Positions 42,766-51,175 of a stretch of 64,000 nucleotides of DNA are shown here, piece by piece. Both the position numbers and the translations under genes were made by a program. Numbering within the stretch: the first letter of the stretch is position 1; every line of letters begins with the position of its first letter. This DNA is from Myxococcota bacterium. GTDB lineage: Bacteria > Myxococcota_A > Polyangia > Polyangiales > Polyangiaceae. A model generated the notes under the pieces. That model saw only the letters and a list, made by a program, of their open reading frames with translations. It searched no databases and had not been told where the DNA came from. Where the stretch lies: contig CAUJFL010000093.1 in the NCBI GenBank assembly GCA_963169165.1, positions 1,849 to 65,848 of the forward strand, given 5' to 3'.

Positions 42766-43470
42766 TCACCCGAGCGCGCGCCGCGCCCGCGCGCGCGCGA
42801 TGAGCGCGAGCATCACCGCGATGTGCCACGGCCGCAGCCCCGAGCGCTCGCCCGCGTACACCGGCCGCACGGGCACCTCGGCGATCCGCCCGCCCGCGCA
42901 GGCCACCATCGACAGCAGATCGTTCGGGTAGCCGTATCGGGGGAACATCCGCTCGAGCGGGAGCGCGTCGATGAGCGCGCCGGTGATCGCCGTGTAGCCG
43001 CACTGGCTGTCGCCGAGCGGCGCGCCGATCGCCCAAGAGGTCGCCCGCCCGAGCGCGCCCGAGCCGAGGCGACGCAACGCGGGCATCTCCGCCGCGCGCG
43101 GGTGGAGCAGGCGGTTGCCCTTCACGTAGTCCGCCCGCCCTTCGAGGATCGGCGCGAGCAGCGCGGGGAGATCGTGGGGGTCCATCTGGCCGTCTCCCGC
43201 CATCACCGCGACCACGTCCGCGCCGCGCGCCCGCGCCGCGCGGTAGCCGGGCGCGAGCGCCGCGCCGACGCCGCGGGTCGCTCCGAGCCACGCCACGGCG
43301 AGCCGCGGATCGGCGCCCGCGCGGGCCGCGCCCGACGTGTCGTCTCGCGACGCGTCGTCGACCACGATGACGTCGTCGACCCACGCGGGCGTGCGCGCGA
43401 CCGTCGCGCCGACGCGCGCCTGCTCGTCGTAGGCGGGCACGACGACCGCGGCGCGCCGACCGGCGATCAT
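42766..43470 (-). CDS. GT2 glycosyltransferase, polyprenyl-phosphate sugar synthase-like (DPM1/ArnC type)
   Basis: I trimmed the start to ATG 43470 (MIAGRRAAVVVPAYDE). 'VIVVDDASRDDT' and 'VVAVMAGDGQMDPHDL' (DxD-type) are present. There is a C-terminal hydrophobic segment. Confidence 0.78.
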   Translation of the reverse strand: MIAGRRAAVVVPAYDEQARVGATVARTPAWVDDVIVVDDASRDDTSGAARAGADPRLAVAWLGATRGVGAALAPGYRAARARGADVVAVMAGDGQMDPHDLPALLAPILEGRADYVKGNRLLHPRAAEMPALRRLGSGALGRATSWAIGAPLGDSQCGYTAITGALIDALPLERMFPRYGYPNDLLSMVACAGGRIAEVPVRPVYAGERSGLRPWHIAVMLALIARARARRALG

Positions 43471-43549
43471 GGCGCGCGCGTGTCGCAGATCTCGCGGCGC
43501 CTGTCGAGGCGCCTTTGCAGGGCTCCCCGCTTGGGAGTAGGGTCGACGC

Positions 43550-44155
43550 ATGTCGCAAGCCGCCGCGTCCGCCTCCGCGCCGTCCCGCACGCTCCGCTCG
43601 GTCCTCGACGCGGGCGGCACCTACGCCGAGCTGAGCGCGTTGCTCGACGGGCTCGAGCCGGCCGCGCGCCTCGCGGAGGTGCTGTCGATCACGGGCGCGC
43701 GCGTCGGCAAGCTCTACGACGCGGTCGCCGACGGCCCGCACATGACGATGGAAGACTTCTTCCCGGCGTCGGTGCCCGACGGCGAGACGCTGATCTACGA
43801 GGGGCGCAACTCTCTCGCGGCGTTCTCGCGGTTTCAGAAGCGCTTCCTCCGCAAGGACGGCGTGATCGTCGGCTACAACCACCAGCAGATGTCGTTCGTG
43901 ACGGGGCCCGGCTACTTCGTCACCAGGCTCGGCGACGAGACCATCCCTCACGAGATCCTGTTCGATTACACCGCCGAGCCGCCGCACGTCCCCGCCGGGT
44001 GGCCCGCGTTCAAGCCCAACGCGTCCGGGCTGTCGCGGCTCGTCTACTTCGGCATGAAAGACTACTGCCGCAAGGTCGCGGACGGCGTCGTCATCGGCAA
44101 GGCGTTCAAGCAGGGCAAGGCGGTCGGCGCCTACTTCTCGCTCACCCGCGCGTGA
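43550..44155 (+). CDS. hypothetical protein
   Basis: 201-aa ORF with balanced composition and high GC3. It is divergent from the GT2 gene. No motif is recognised. Confidence 0.6.
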   Translation: MSQAAASASAPSRTLRSVLDAGGTYAELSALLDGLEPAARLAEVLSITGARVGKLYDAVADGPHMTMEDFFPASVPDGETLIYEGRNSLAAFSRFQKRFLRKDGVIVGYNHQQMSFVTGPGYFVTRLGDETIPHEILFDYTAEPPHVPAGWPAFKPNASGLSRLVYFGMKDYCRKVADGVVIGKAFKQGKAVGAYFSLTRA

Positions 44156-44447
44156 GCCGATCGTAGCGCGCGGTCGTCTCCTTGGTCGGCCGCGCGATCT
44201 GGCGCACCGTCGGCGTCACGAGCGCGCGCTCCCCGTCGAAGCGCGCCGAGTCACCGACGCTCGGCGCGCCCGCCCGCGGCTCGCCTCCCGACACGGCGCC
44301 CGCGAGCGGGGCCCCGAGCGCGAGGTGGCCGCGCAGGAAATCTGTCGCCCCGCGCTCGCGCACCCCGACGCCGACGCCGTCACGGACGTGGTACTCGAGC
44401 CACCCGGTGACGTAGACCACGTGCCTGCGTCTCTCGACGTCGCGCAT
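44142..44447 (-). CDS. hypothetical protein
   Basis: I trimmed the start to ATG 44447 (MRDVERRRHVVYVTGWLEYHVRDG...). I checked codon by codon and GC3 is very high. Confidence 0.5.
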   Translation of the reverse strand: MRDVERRRHVVYVTGWLEYHVRDGVGVGVRERGATDFLRGHLALGAPLAGAVSGGEPRAGAPSVGDSARFDGERALVTPTVRQIARPTKETTARYDRLTRG

Positions 44448-44943
44448 GGGATGGATGGTGCCCGACGCGCGCGACCGATGCCAAGTTCGGCGCCGCTCGC
44501 GCCTCGATCTTGGCCGCGCGGCGCCGCGCCGCGCGACGATCGCGCTCGTGCTCCTGTTCGGCCCTCCTCTCGCCAAGGTGCGCGCGCCTCGCCTGGTCGC
44601 GAGCGTCTCGCTGTCGCTGTCGCGCGTCGAGGTCGGCGTGGCGCTCGCGCTGCTCGCGCGCGCGGACGTGGTGTCCGAGGGGCGCGACGACGGCGCGCGC
44701 TACTTCGGCACGTCGAGCGTGATCGTGGCGGTCGATGACGAGGCGACGGCGCGCGCGCTCGCGTCCGATCTCCACGTGCGCGCGGCGATCGTGAGGATCG
44801 CGCGCCGCGAGGCCGCGTCACGGGCGTCGGCGACGCTCGACACCGCGCGCTGTCAGATCGACGCGAGCTTCGACCGAGGTCGACTCACGTTCGACGTCGA
44901 GCTCGAGGCGCCGCTCGACGTCGCGCGCGCCGCCTTGGCCTGA
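44446..44943 (+). CDS. hypothetical protein (start uncertain)
   Basis: The frame has high GC3 from about 44530 onward. The C-terminal 90 aa look protein-like (VVSEGRDDGARYFGTSSVIVAVDDEATARALASDL...). The listed ATG overlaps the divergent ATG at 44447 (CATG), so a later start is likely. Confidence 0.4.
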   Translation: MGWMVPDARDRCQVRRRSRLDLGRAAPRRATIALVLLFGPPLAKVRAPRLVASVSLSLSRVEVGVALALLARADVVSEGRDDGARYFGTSSVIVAVDDEATARALASDLHVRAAIVRIARREAASRASATLDTARCQIDASFDRGRLTFDVELEAPLDVARAALA

Positions 44944-44951
44944 CGCACGCG
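44908..44951. repeat. direct repeat copy 1 (about 44 bp) flanking the ECF sigma/DHFR-like module
   Basis: gcgccgctcgAcgtcgcgcgCGccgccttggcCtgacgcacgcg. By eye, 40 of 44 aligned columns are identical to 46698-46739. Confidence 0.8.
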
Positions 44952-44956
44952 GCGGT

Positions 44957-46009
44957 CTACGCGTCGAGCGTGGGGGGAAACCCCCACGCGATGAAGTGGT
45001 CGGGCAAGACGAAGGTGTCCAGGTGCGAGACGCGACCGTCGCCCGTCACCGTCAGCACCGTCATGCACACCGGCACGAAGGGGCCGTCGCCGAAGCGCAC
45101 GTAGGCGAGACCGCCGGGCTGTCCGTTCATCCGGCACGCGAGCACGCGGTAGCGACCGGGGCGGGGCGCGCCGTCCCAGGTGCCTGGGCTCAGCATCGTC
45201 TCGACGACGGCGTCTCTGCCGTCGAGCCAGTAGAGCCACGGCGGCATCGTGAGGATGGCGTCCCGGGTCAGCGACGCGACGAGCTCGTCGAAGTCGCCCG
45301 TCTCCCACGCACGCGAGAAGCACGCGGCGGCTTCTGCGTCGCGCGCCTCGACGTGTTCATGCGCGGCCGGCGCGCCGCGCTCGGGAACGCCCCGGGCACG
45401 GACGATCGTGGCGCGCGCGCGCTGGAGCGCGCTGTTGATCGCGGGGACGGAGCTCTTCAGCATCGTGGCGACCTCGTCGACGGAGAAGTCGAGCACGTCG
45501 TGCAGCACGAGCGCTGCGCGTTGACGAGGCGGGAGCAGCTGGACCGCCCGCACGAACGAGAGCCGCACGCTCTGCTGCAGCCGGAGCCGCGCTTCGGGGC
45601 TCGCGGGCGTCGGCAAGCGGTCGTCTGGGTACGGCTCGAGCCACGCGATGTCCTCTCGTCGTTCGGTCGTGGGCGGCCCGGGCGCCGCGGGCGGGCAGAC
45701 ATCGGGGGGCAACACGCGTCGCCTCCGCCCGCGGAGCAGATCGAGGCAGGTGTTGGTCGTGATGCGGTAGACCCACCCACGGAAGCTCGCCGTGGGCTCG
45801 TAGGACGCGAGGTGACGCCACGCCTTGAGCCGGGCTTCTTGCAGGGCGTCCTCGGCGTCCTGGTACCCCCCGAGCATGCGGTACGAGTACGCCGCGAGCT
45901 CTCGATCGAGGGGCTCGATCAGCGCGCGGAACGCGGCCTCGTCTCCCCCCTTGGCGGCCTCGACGAGCGCGCGTTCGTCTTTCTTCATCGGGACCGATGA
46001 GCGGCTCAA
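44957..46009 (-). CDS. ECF-type RNA polymerase sigma factor with NTF2/SnoaL-like C-terminal extension
   Basis: Region 2 contains 'YQDAEDALQEARLKAWRHL...FRGWVYRITTNTCLD'. Region 4 contains 'LPPRQRAALVLHDVLDFSVDEVATMLKSSVPAINSALQRAR'. The C-terminal domain is about 150 aa. An alternative start is ATG 45988. Confidence 0.88.
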   Translation of the reverse strand: MSRSSVPMKKDERALVEAAKGGDEAAFRALIEPLDRELAAYSYRMLGGYQDAEDALQEARLKAWRHLASYEPTASFRGWVYRITTNTCLDLLRGRRRRVLPPDVCPPAAPGPPTTERREDIAWLEPYPDDRLPTPASPEARLRLQQSVRLSFVRAVQLLPPRQRAALVLHDVLDFSVDEVATMLKSSVPAINSALQRARATIVRARGVPERGAPAAHEHVEARDAEAAACFSRAWETGDFDELVASLTRDAILTMPPWLYWLDGRDAVVETMLSPGTWDGAPRPGRYRVLACRMNGQPGGLAYVRFGDGPFVPVCMTVLTVTGDGRVSHLDTFVLPDHFIAWGFPPTLDA

Positions 46010-46048
46010 CGGCTCGACGTTCTACGTGAGAAAGGCAGGATTTCAAGG

Positions 46049-46684
46049 ATGAGCAAGGTCTTCGTCAGCATGGGCATCTCGGTGGACGGATGCATCGAGG
46101 GGCCGAACGCGAGCATGGAGAACATGGGCGGCGACGGCTGGGGTGAGCTCCACGCCTGGGTGCTGCGGCAGCGCGCCTTTCGCGAGCGGCTGAAGCTCGG
46201 CGACGGCGGCGAGACCGGCGCGGACGACCGCCTCCTCGAGCAGCTGTTCGCTCGGACGGCGGTGAGCGTCATGGGCCGACGGATGTTCGACCTCCGCGAG
46301 AGGAGCTGGCCCGAGGAGGCGCCCTTTCACACACCGGTGTTCGTCGTCACGCACCAGGCGCGCGTGCCGTGGGAGCGCCCAGGGGGCACGACGTTTCATT
46401 TCGTCGACGAGGGCATCCACGAGGCGCTGCGCCGCGCGCGCGACGCCGCGGTGGGTGGGGACATCCGCGTCTGTGGGGGAGCAGACCTCGTCTCGCAGTA
46501 CCTGAACGCGGGGCTGGTAGACGAGCTCGTCCTCTCCGTGGCGCCCACCATCCTCGGAGGAAGACGCCTCTTCGACCGCGTCGACCCAGGCGCGCTCGGC
46601 CTCTCGCTCGTGGAGGTGCTCCCGTCGCCGCACGTGACGCACCTGCGCTACGCCGTGCACCCGAGGCGCCTCGCGCCGCGGTGA
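46049..46684 (+). CDS. dihydrofolate reductase-like protein (RibD C-terminal domain family)
   Basis: 211 aa. 'KVFVSMGISVDGCIEGPN' and 'GGADLVSQYLNAGLVDELVLSVAPTILGG' are present. An AAGGA Shine-Dalgarno precedes the ATG. Confidence 0.85.
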   Translation: MSKVFVSMGISVDGCIEGPNASMENMGGDGWGELHAWVLRQRAFRERLKLGDGGETGADDRLLEQLFARTAVSVMGRRMFDLRERSWPEEAPFHTPVFVVTHQARVPWERPGGTTFHFVDEGIHEALRRARDAAVGGDIRVCGGADLVSQYLNAGLVDELVLSVAPTILGGRRLFDRVDPGALGLSLVEVLPSPHVTHLRYAVHPRRLAPR

Positions 46685-46697
46685 GGGCTCGTACAGA

Positions 46698-46739
46698 GCG
46701 CCGCTCGGCGTCGCGCGCCGCCTTGGCTTGACGCACGCG
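46698..46739. repeat. direct repeat copy 2 (about 42 bp)
   Basis: gcgccgctcgGcgtcgcgcgccgccttggcTtgacgcacgcg. It lies in the 65-nt spacer between the DHFR-like stop and the MerR/TPR gene start. Confidence 0.8.
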
Positions 46740-46749
46740 CGGGGCGGCG

Positions 46750-47742
46750 ATGTGTTGCCCGTCGGCGATGGCATCGCGAAAGAGCGACAACCTGATCCAC
46801 GTGCAGTTCGGCCCGAACGGCGGTCGCGTGGCGCCTCCCGCGCCTCCCGCGCCCGAGCCGATCCCCGCCGTCGAGCCGGTGACCGATCTGTTCTCGGCCG
46901 CCGAGGTCGCGCGGCTCACGGGGCTCACGGTCGCGCGGCTGCGATCGCTCGCCCGCGCCGACGTCGTCGCGCCGAGCGGCGCGCGCGGGGGACGGGCCGT
47001 CTACACGTTCCGCGATCTCATCGTCGTGCGCACGGTCAAGGGGCTGCTCGATCGAGCCGTCACGATGCGCGACGTCACCGCCGCCGTGCGCGCGTTGAAG
47101 GCGTCGCTGCCCAAGGTCACGCGCCCGCTCGCCGAGCTGCGCGTGGCCTCCGACGGACAGCGGGTCGTCGTCCGCGCCGACACCGGCGCGTTCCTCGCGG
47201 AGACGGGGCAAATGCTGCTCGATTTTGGGGTGTCCGAGCTCTGCGACGACGTCGTGCGGGTGCTGCGCCCGCGGAAGAAGGCGGAGCGTGAGAAGACCGC
47301 GTACGATCTCTACGTGAAGGCGAGCTCGCTCGACGAGCACCCCGACACCGTCGACGAGGCCGAGCGCCTCTACCGCCGCGCGATCGAGCTCGAGCCCGAG
47401 CTCGCGATCGCCTACACGAACCTCGGCAACCTCCATTTTCGTCGCGGCGAGGAGGAGGCCGCCGTCGCGCTGTACGAGGCCGCGCTGCAGCGTGACGCGA
47501 GCCAGCCCGAGGCGCGCTACAACCTGGGCTACGTGTCGCTCGAGCGCGGCCGCGCAGAGCTCGCGGTGGGCCACTTCGAGGCCACGATCGCCGTCGATCC
47601 GCGCTTCGCGGACGCGCACTTCTACCTCGCGATGGCGTACGAGTCGCTCGGGCAGCGGGACAAGGCGCGTCCGTCGTGGCGGCGGTACCTCGAGCTCGAG
47701 CCGACCGGCACGTGGGCCGAGGTCGCGAAGAAGCACCTCTGA
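46750..47742 (+). CDS. MerR-type HTH domain fused to TPR repeats
   Basis: 'FSAAEVARLTGLTVARLRSLARADVV....AVYTFRDLIVVRTVKGLL' matches a MerR-family HTH. The C-terminus has at least 3 TPR units ('AIAYTNLGNLHFRRGEEEAAVALYEAALQRDAS', 'ARYNLGYVSLERG', 'AHFYLAMAYESLGQ'). Confidence 0.8.
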   Translation: MCCPSAMASRKSDNLIHVQFGPNGGRVAPPAPPAPEPIPAVEPVTDLFSAAEVARLTGLTVARLRSLARADVVAPSGARGGRAVYTFRDLIVVRTVKGLLDRAVTMRDVTAAVRALKASLPKVTRPLAELRVASDGQRVVVRADTGAFLAETGQMLLDFGVSELCDDVVRVLRPRKKAEREKTAYDLYVKASSLDEHPDTVDEAERLYRRAIELEPELAIAYTNLGNLHFRRGEEEAAVALYEAALQRDASQPEARYNLGYVSLERGRAELAVGHFEATIAVDPRFADAHFYLAMAYESLGQRDKARPSWRRYLELEPTGTWAEVAKKHL

Positions 47743-47784
47743 GCCGACCGCGGCTCCACACGGGCTCGCCCCGAGCCCGCGCTT

Positions 47785-48639
47785 TCAGGCGACGCGCGCT
47801 CGACGCGCGGCGACCGCGACGACGATCAGCGCCGCGACGTAAGGCAGCGCCAGCAAGAGCTCCGGCGGCAGCTTCATCGCGCCCTGCACCGCGATCTGGG
47901 CCGCGTCGAGCGCCGCGAGGCCGATGGCCGCCACCACGGTCGCGCCGACGCGGTGGCGACCGACGAGCACCGCCGCGAGCGCGAGGAACCCGCGCCCGCC
48001 CGACATCCCGATCTCGAACCTGTGCTGGTCGAGCACGAGGTGGGCGCCGCCGAGCGCGACGAGCGCGCCCGAGAGCGCGGTCGCGACGAGCTGCACGCGC
48101 GCGACGTCGATCCCCTGCGCGCGGGCGGCGTCGGGCGCCTCGCCGACCGCGTCGACGCGCAAGCCCAGCCGGGTCCACGTGAACAACGCCCCGACCAGGC
48201 ACGCCGCGACGACGGTCGCCAGCAGCGCAGGCGCGGTCACCACGGCGAGCGCGGGCGACGACGGCGCGTCGAACCCGGCGAGCCTCGGCGAGCTGGAAGC
48301 GGTGTCCCAGAGCAGCCTGAGCGCGTAGCGAGCGAGCGCGAACGCGATGACGTTGAGCGCGATGCTCGACACGATCGCGTCGGCGCGGCCGCGCACGACC
48401 GCGAGGCCGTGGCCCGCGCAGAACAGCGTGCCCGCGACGATGCCGGACGCGAAGCCGACGAGCGCGCTGCCCGTCAGCGCCGCGCCCACCGCCGTCGCGA
48501 GCCCCGAGACGACGAGCGCGCCCTCGAGCGCGACGTTGATGATCCCCGCGCGCTCCGTGACGATCGCGGCGAGCGCGCACGCGACGTAGGGGCACGACAT
48601 GCGCACCGTCTCGACGAGCCACGTCAGCGCCGCGCTCAC
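47785..48639 (-). CDS. ABC transporter permease (BMP/sugar-nucleoside type)
   Basis: The GTG start at 48639-48637 overlaps the upstream stop. The protein is hydrophobic and multi-span (VSAALTWLVETVRMSCPYVACALAAIVTERAGIINVALEG...). Confidence 0.85.
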   Translation of the reverse strand: MSAALTWLVETVRMSCPYVACALAAIVTERAGIINVALEGALVVSGLATAVGAALTGSALVGFASGIVAGTLFCAGHGLAVVRGRADAIVSSIALNVIAFALARYALRLLWDTASSSPRLAGFDAPSSPALAVVTAPALLATVVAACLVGALFTWTRLGLRVDAVGEAPDAARAQGIDVARVQLVATALSGALVALGGAHLVLDQHRFEIGMSGGRGFLALAAVLVGRHRVGATVVAAIGLAALDAAQIAVQGAMKLPPELLLALPYVAALIVVAVAARRARVA

Positions 48640-49649
48640 CGCGCCTCCTCTCGCCGGCCCGCGATCGCGACCGCCAGGATGACGACGCCGAAGAGCACGT
48701 CGGTCGCCTCCTTCGGCACCGACGCGTTGAGCACCAGCCCCGCCTGCTGCAGCGCGCCCACCAGCAGCGCCGCGGCGAGCAGGCCGAGCGGTCGACCACG
48801 CCCCAGCAGGCCGACCGCGATCCCCGCGAACCCGGTGCCCGCGGTCATGCCCAGCTCGTAGTGGCCCTTGTATCCGAGCACGACGCCGCACGCCGTGAGC
48901 CCCGCCAGCGCGCCCGAGAGCGTGAGCGCCGCGAACAGGCGCCGCGCGACCGGGACACCCGCGGCGCGGCACGCGTCCGGTGAGGGGCCGACCAGGCCGA
49001 GCTCTCGTCCCGCGATCGAGCGCCGCTCCCACCGATCGAGCAGCGCGGGTGTCAGGACAGCGAGCACGACCGCGAGGCTCGCGGCGCTCCCGGCGAGCGC
49101 GTGCGTCAACGTCGAGAGCCGCGGGATCGTCGCCGCGTGGGCGACGTCTCCCGTCCGCACGCCGCCGTCTCCGAGCCCGTGCGCGAGCGCGAGCGGGATC
49201 AGCGCGTCGGCGAGGCGGTTCAGCAGGATGGTCGTGATCACCTCGTGCGCGCCGAAGGCGACGCGCAGCCACGCCGCGATGGCCGCCCACGCGCCCCCGA
49301 CCGCGACGGCGGCCGCGACAGCGAGCGGCAGCGCGAGCCACCATGGCGCCCAGCCGAGCCGCGCGCCGACGACGCCCGACGCGAGCGCGGCGAGGGAGAG
49401 CTGCCCCTCGAGCCCGACGTTGAACAGGCCCGCGCGGTACGCGACCGAGAAGGCCGCGCCCGCGATCGCCAGCGACGTCGCCTTGTACAGCACCTGACCG
49501 ACGCCGTAGGCCGTGCCGAGCGAGCCCGCGAGCCCGCGCGAGAGGGCGATCCATGGCGACTCTCCCGCCGCGAACACGAGCAGATCGAAGGTCAAGAGGA
49601 CGATCGCCGCCGCGACGATCGCGCGCGCGTGTGGGCGGGTCAGCGTCAC
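48636..49649 (-). CDS. ABC transporter permease
   Basis: 337-aa multi-span ORF. 'GLFNVGLEGQL' is typical of the branched-chain/sugar-type permease family. It overlaps the ATPase stop by 4 nt. Confidence 0.88.
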   Translation of the reverse strand: MTLTRPHARAIVAAAIVLLTFDLLVFAAGESPWIALSRGLAGSLGTAYGVGQVLYKATSLAIAGAAFSVAYRAGLFNVGLEGQLSLAALASGVVGARLGWAPWWLALPLAVAAAVAVGGAWAAIAAWLRVAFGAHEVITTILLNRLADALIPLALAHGLGDGGVRTGDVAHAATIPRLSTLTHALAGSAASLAVVLAVLTPALLDRWERRSIAGRELGLVGPSPDACRAAGVPVARRLFAALTLSGALAGLTACGVVLGYKGHYELGMTAGTGFAGIAVGLLGRGRPLGLLAAALLVGALQQAGLVLNASVPKEATDVLFGVVILAVAIAGRREEAR

Positions 49650-51097
49650 GCCGCGGACGCTCCGAGCATCGCGCGACCGAGCGCCGCCTCGTCGACGTCC
49701 GGGGCGAGCTCCGCCACGACGCGACCCCGGTGGAGCACGATCAGCCGGTGGGACAGCTGTCGCAGCTCGTCGAGGTCCGAGCTGAGCAACAGGATCGCGC
49801 TCCCGTCGGTCGCCGCGCGCGCCAGTCGACGCCGCACGTCCGCCGCCGCCGCCGCGTCGATGCCGCGGGTGGGCTGCGCGACGACGAGCGCGACGAGCCG
49901 ACGATCGAGCGCGCGCGCGAGCACAATTTTCTGCTGATTTCCGCCAGAAAATGCCTCGATCGGCAGCTCCGGGCGAGCCGGGGAAGCGCCGCTCGCGAGG
50001 AGCCGCGCGCGCGCCCGCGCCGCCTCGTCACCGCCGAGCTCACCGAGCATCAGGTTGTCGTGCACGGTGGCGCCCATCACGACGCCGAAGCGGTGTCGGT
50101 CGGCGAACACGGTCCCGAGGCCAGCCGCCCTGCGCGCCGCGACGTCGAGCCCGTCGAGCGACGCGCCGTCGAGCAGGACGCGCCCGCCGAGCGCGGTCGA
50201 CAGCCCCGAGATCAGCTCGACCAGCTCGTCTTGCCCGTTGCCGTCGACCCCCGCGACGCCGACGATCTCGCCTCGTCGTACCCGCAGCGACGGGACGTCG
50301 ACCCGACGGCCCCGCAGCGCGTCGAGCTCGAGGGCGATGGGCGCGTCGTGGTCGAGGGGCGGCGGAGTCACCGCGCTCGGCGCGTCGCCGAGGGCGAGCC
50401 GCGCGAGCTCGTCGATTGTCTTGTCGCGCACGCCGCCGGCGAACGCGCGCCGACCGCGCCGCAGCACGACCACCGCGTCCGCGTGCGCGACGACCTCGTC
50501 GAGGTGGTGGGTGACGACCGTGACCGTCGCGCCCCCGTCGGCGAGCCGCCGCATCATCGCGTACAGCCGCGACGCCTCGCCGCGGGTCTGGGTGGCCGTC
50601 GGCTCGTCGAACAGCAGCGTCGTCGCGCCCCGCACGAGCACGCGCAGGATCTCGAGCCGCTGCCGCTCGCCCAGCGACATGGCGGAGACGCGCGCGCCGA
50701 GGTCTACCCCCAGCCCGGCCTCTCTCATCGTGCGCTCGGCGCGGTCGCGCAGCGGCCGCGGGCGCAGCGCCCCGAGCGGCCCCACCGGCTCGTCGCCGAG
50801 CATCAGGTTCTGCAGGCCGGTGAACGAAGGCACGAGCGAGAAGTGCTGGTGCACGACGAACACGCCCGCGTCCCTCGCGTCGGCCAGCGTCCAGCGCTCG
50901 CGCGCGCGACCGTCGAGGACGACCTCGCCCGAGGTGGCGGGCTCGAGGCCTCCGAGCAGCTTCAACAGCGTCGATTTTCCGGCGCCGTTCTCGCCGAGCA
51001 CGGCGGTGATCTTCCCCGGCGCGAGCTCGACCGAGACGTCGTCGAGCGCGACGAGGCCGCCGTAGCGCTTCGTCAGCCGACGCGCGTCGATCCGCAT
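49646..51097 (-). CDS. ABC transporter ATP-binding protein (duplicated ATPase)
   Basis: 483 aa. Walker A is 'GENGAGKST' and the signature is 'LSLGERQRLEI'. The second half has 'GVDGNGQDEL' and 'FSGGNQQK'. Confidence 0.92.
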   Translation of the reverse strand: MRIDARRLTKRYGGLVALDDVSVELAPGKITAVLGENGAGKSTLLKLLGGLEPATSGEVVLDGRARERWTLADARDAGVFVVHQHFSLVPSFTGLQNLMLGDEPVGPLGALRPRPLRDRAERTMREAGLGVDLGARVSAMSLGERQRLEILRVLVRGATTLLFDEPTATQTRGEASRLYAMMRRLADGGATVTVVTHHLDEVVAHADAVVVLRRGRRAFAGGVRDKTIDELARLALGDAPSAVTPPPLDHDAPIALELDALRGRRVDVPSLRVRRGEIVGVAGVDGNGQDELVELISGLSTALGGRVLLDGASLDGLDVAARRAAGLGTVFADRHRFGVVMGATVHDNLMLGELGGDEAARARARLLASGASPARPELPIEAFSGGNQQKIVLARALDRRLVALVVAQPTRGIDAAAAADVRRRLARAATDGSAILLLSSDLDELRQLSHRLIVLHRGRVVAELAPDVDEAALGRAMLGASAA

Positions 51098-51175
51098 GCG
51101 GCGGGCAGCATACAGGCGCGCGCCCCCGGAGCGTCGCGCCGCGCGCGGCCAGGCCGGGCGCTCGACCGCTCACCG

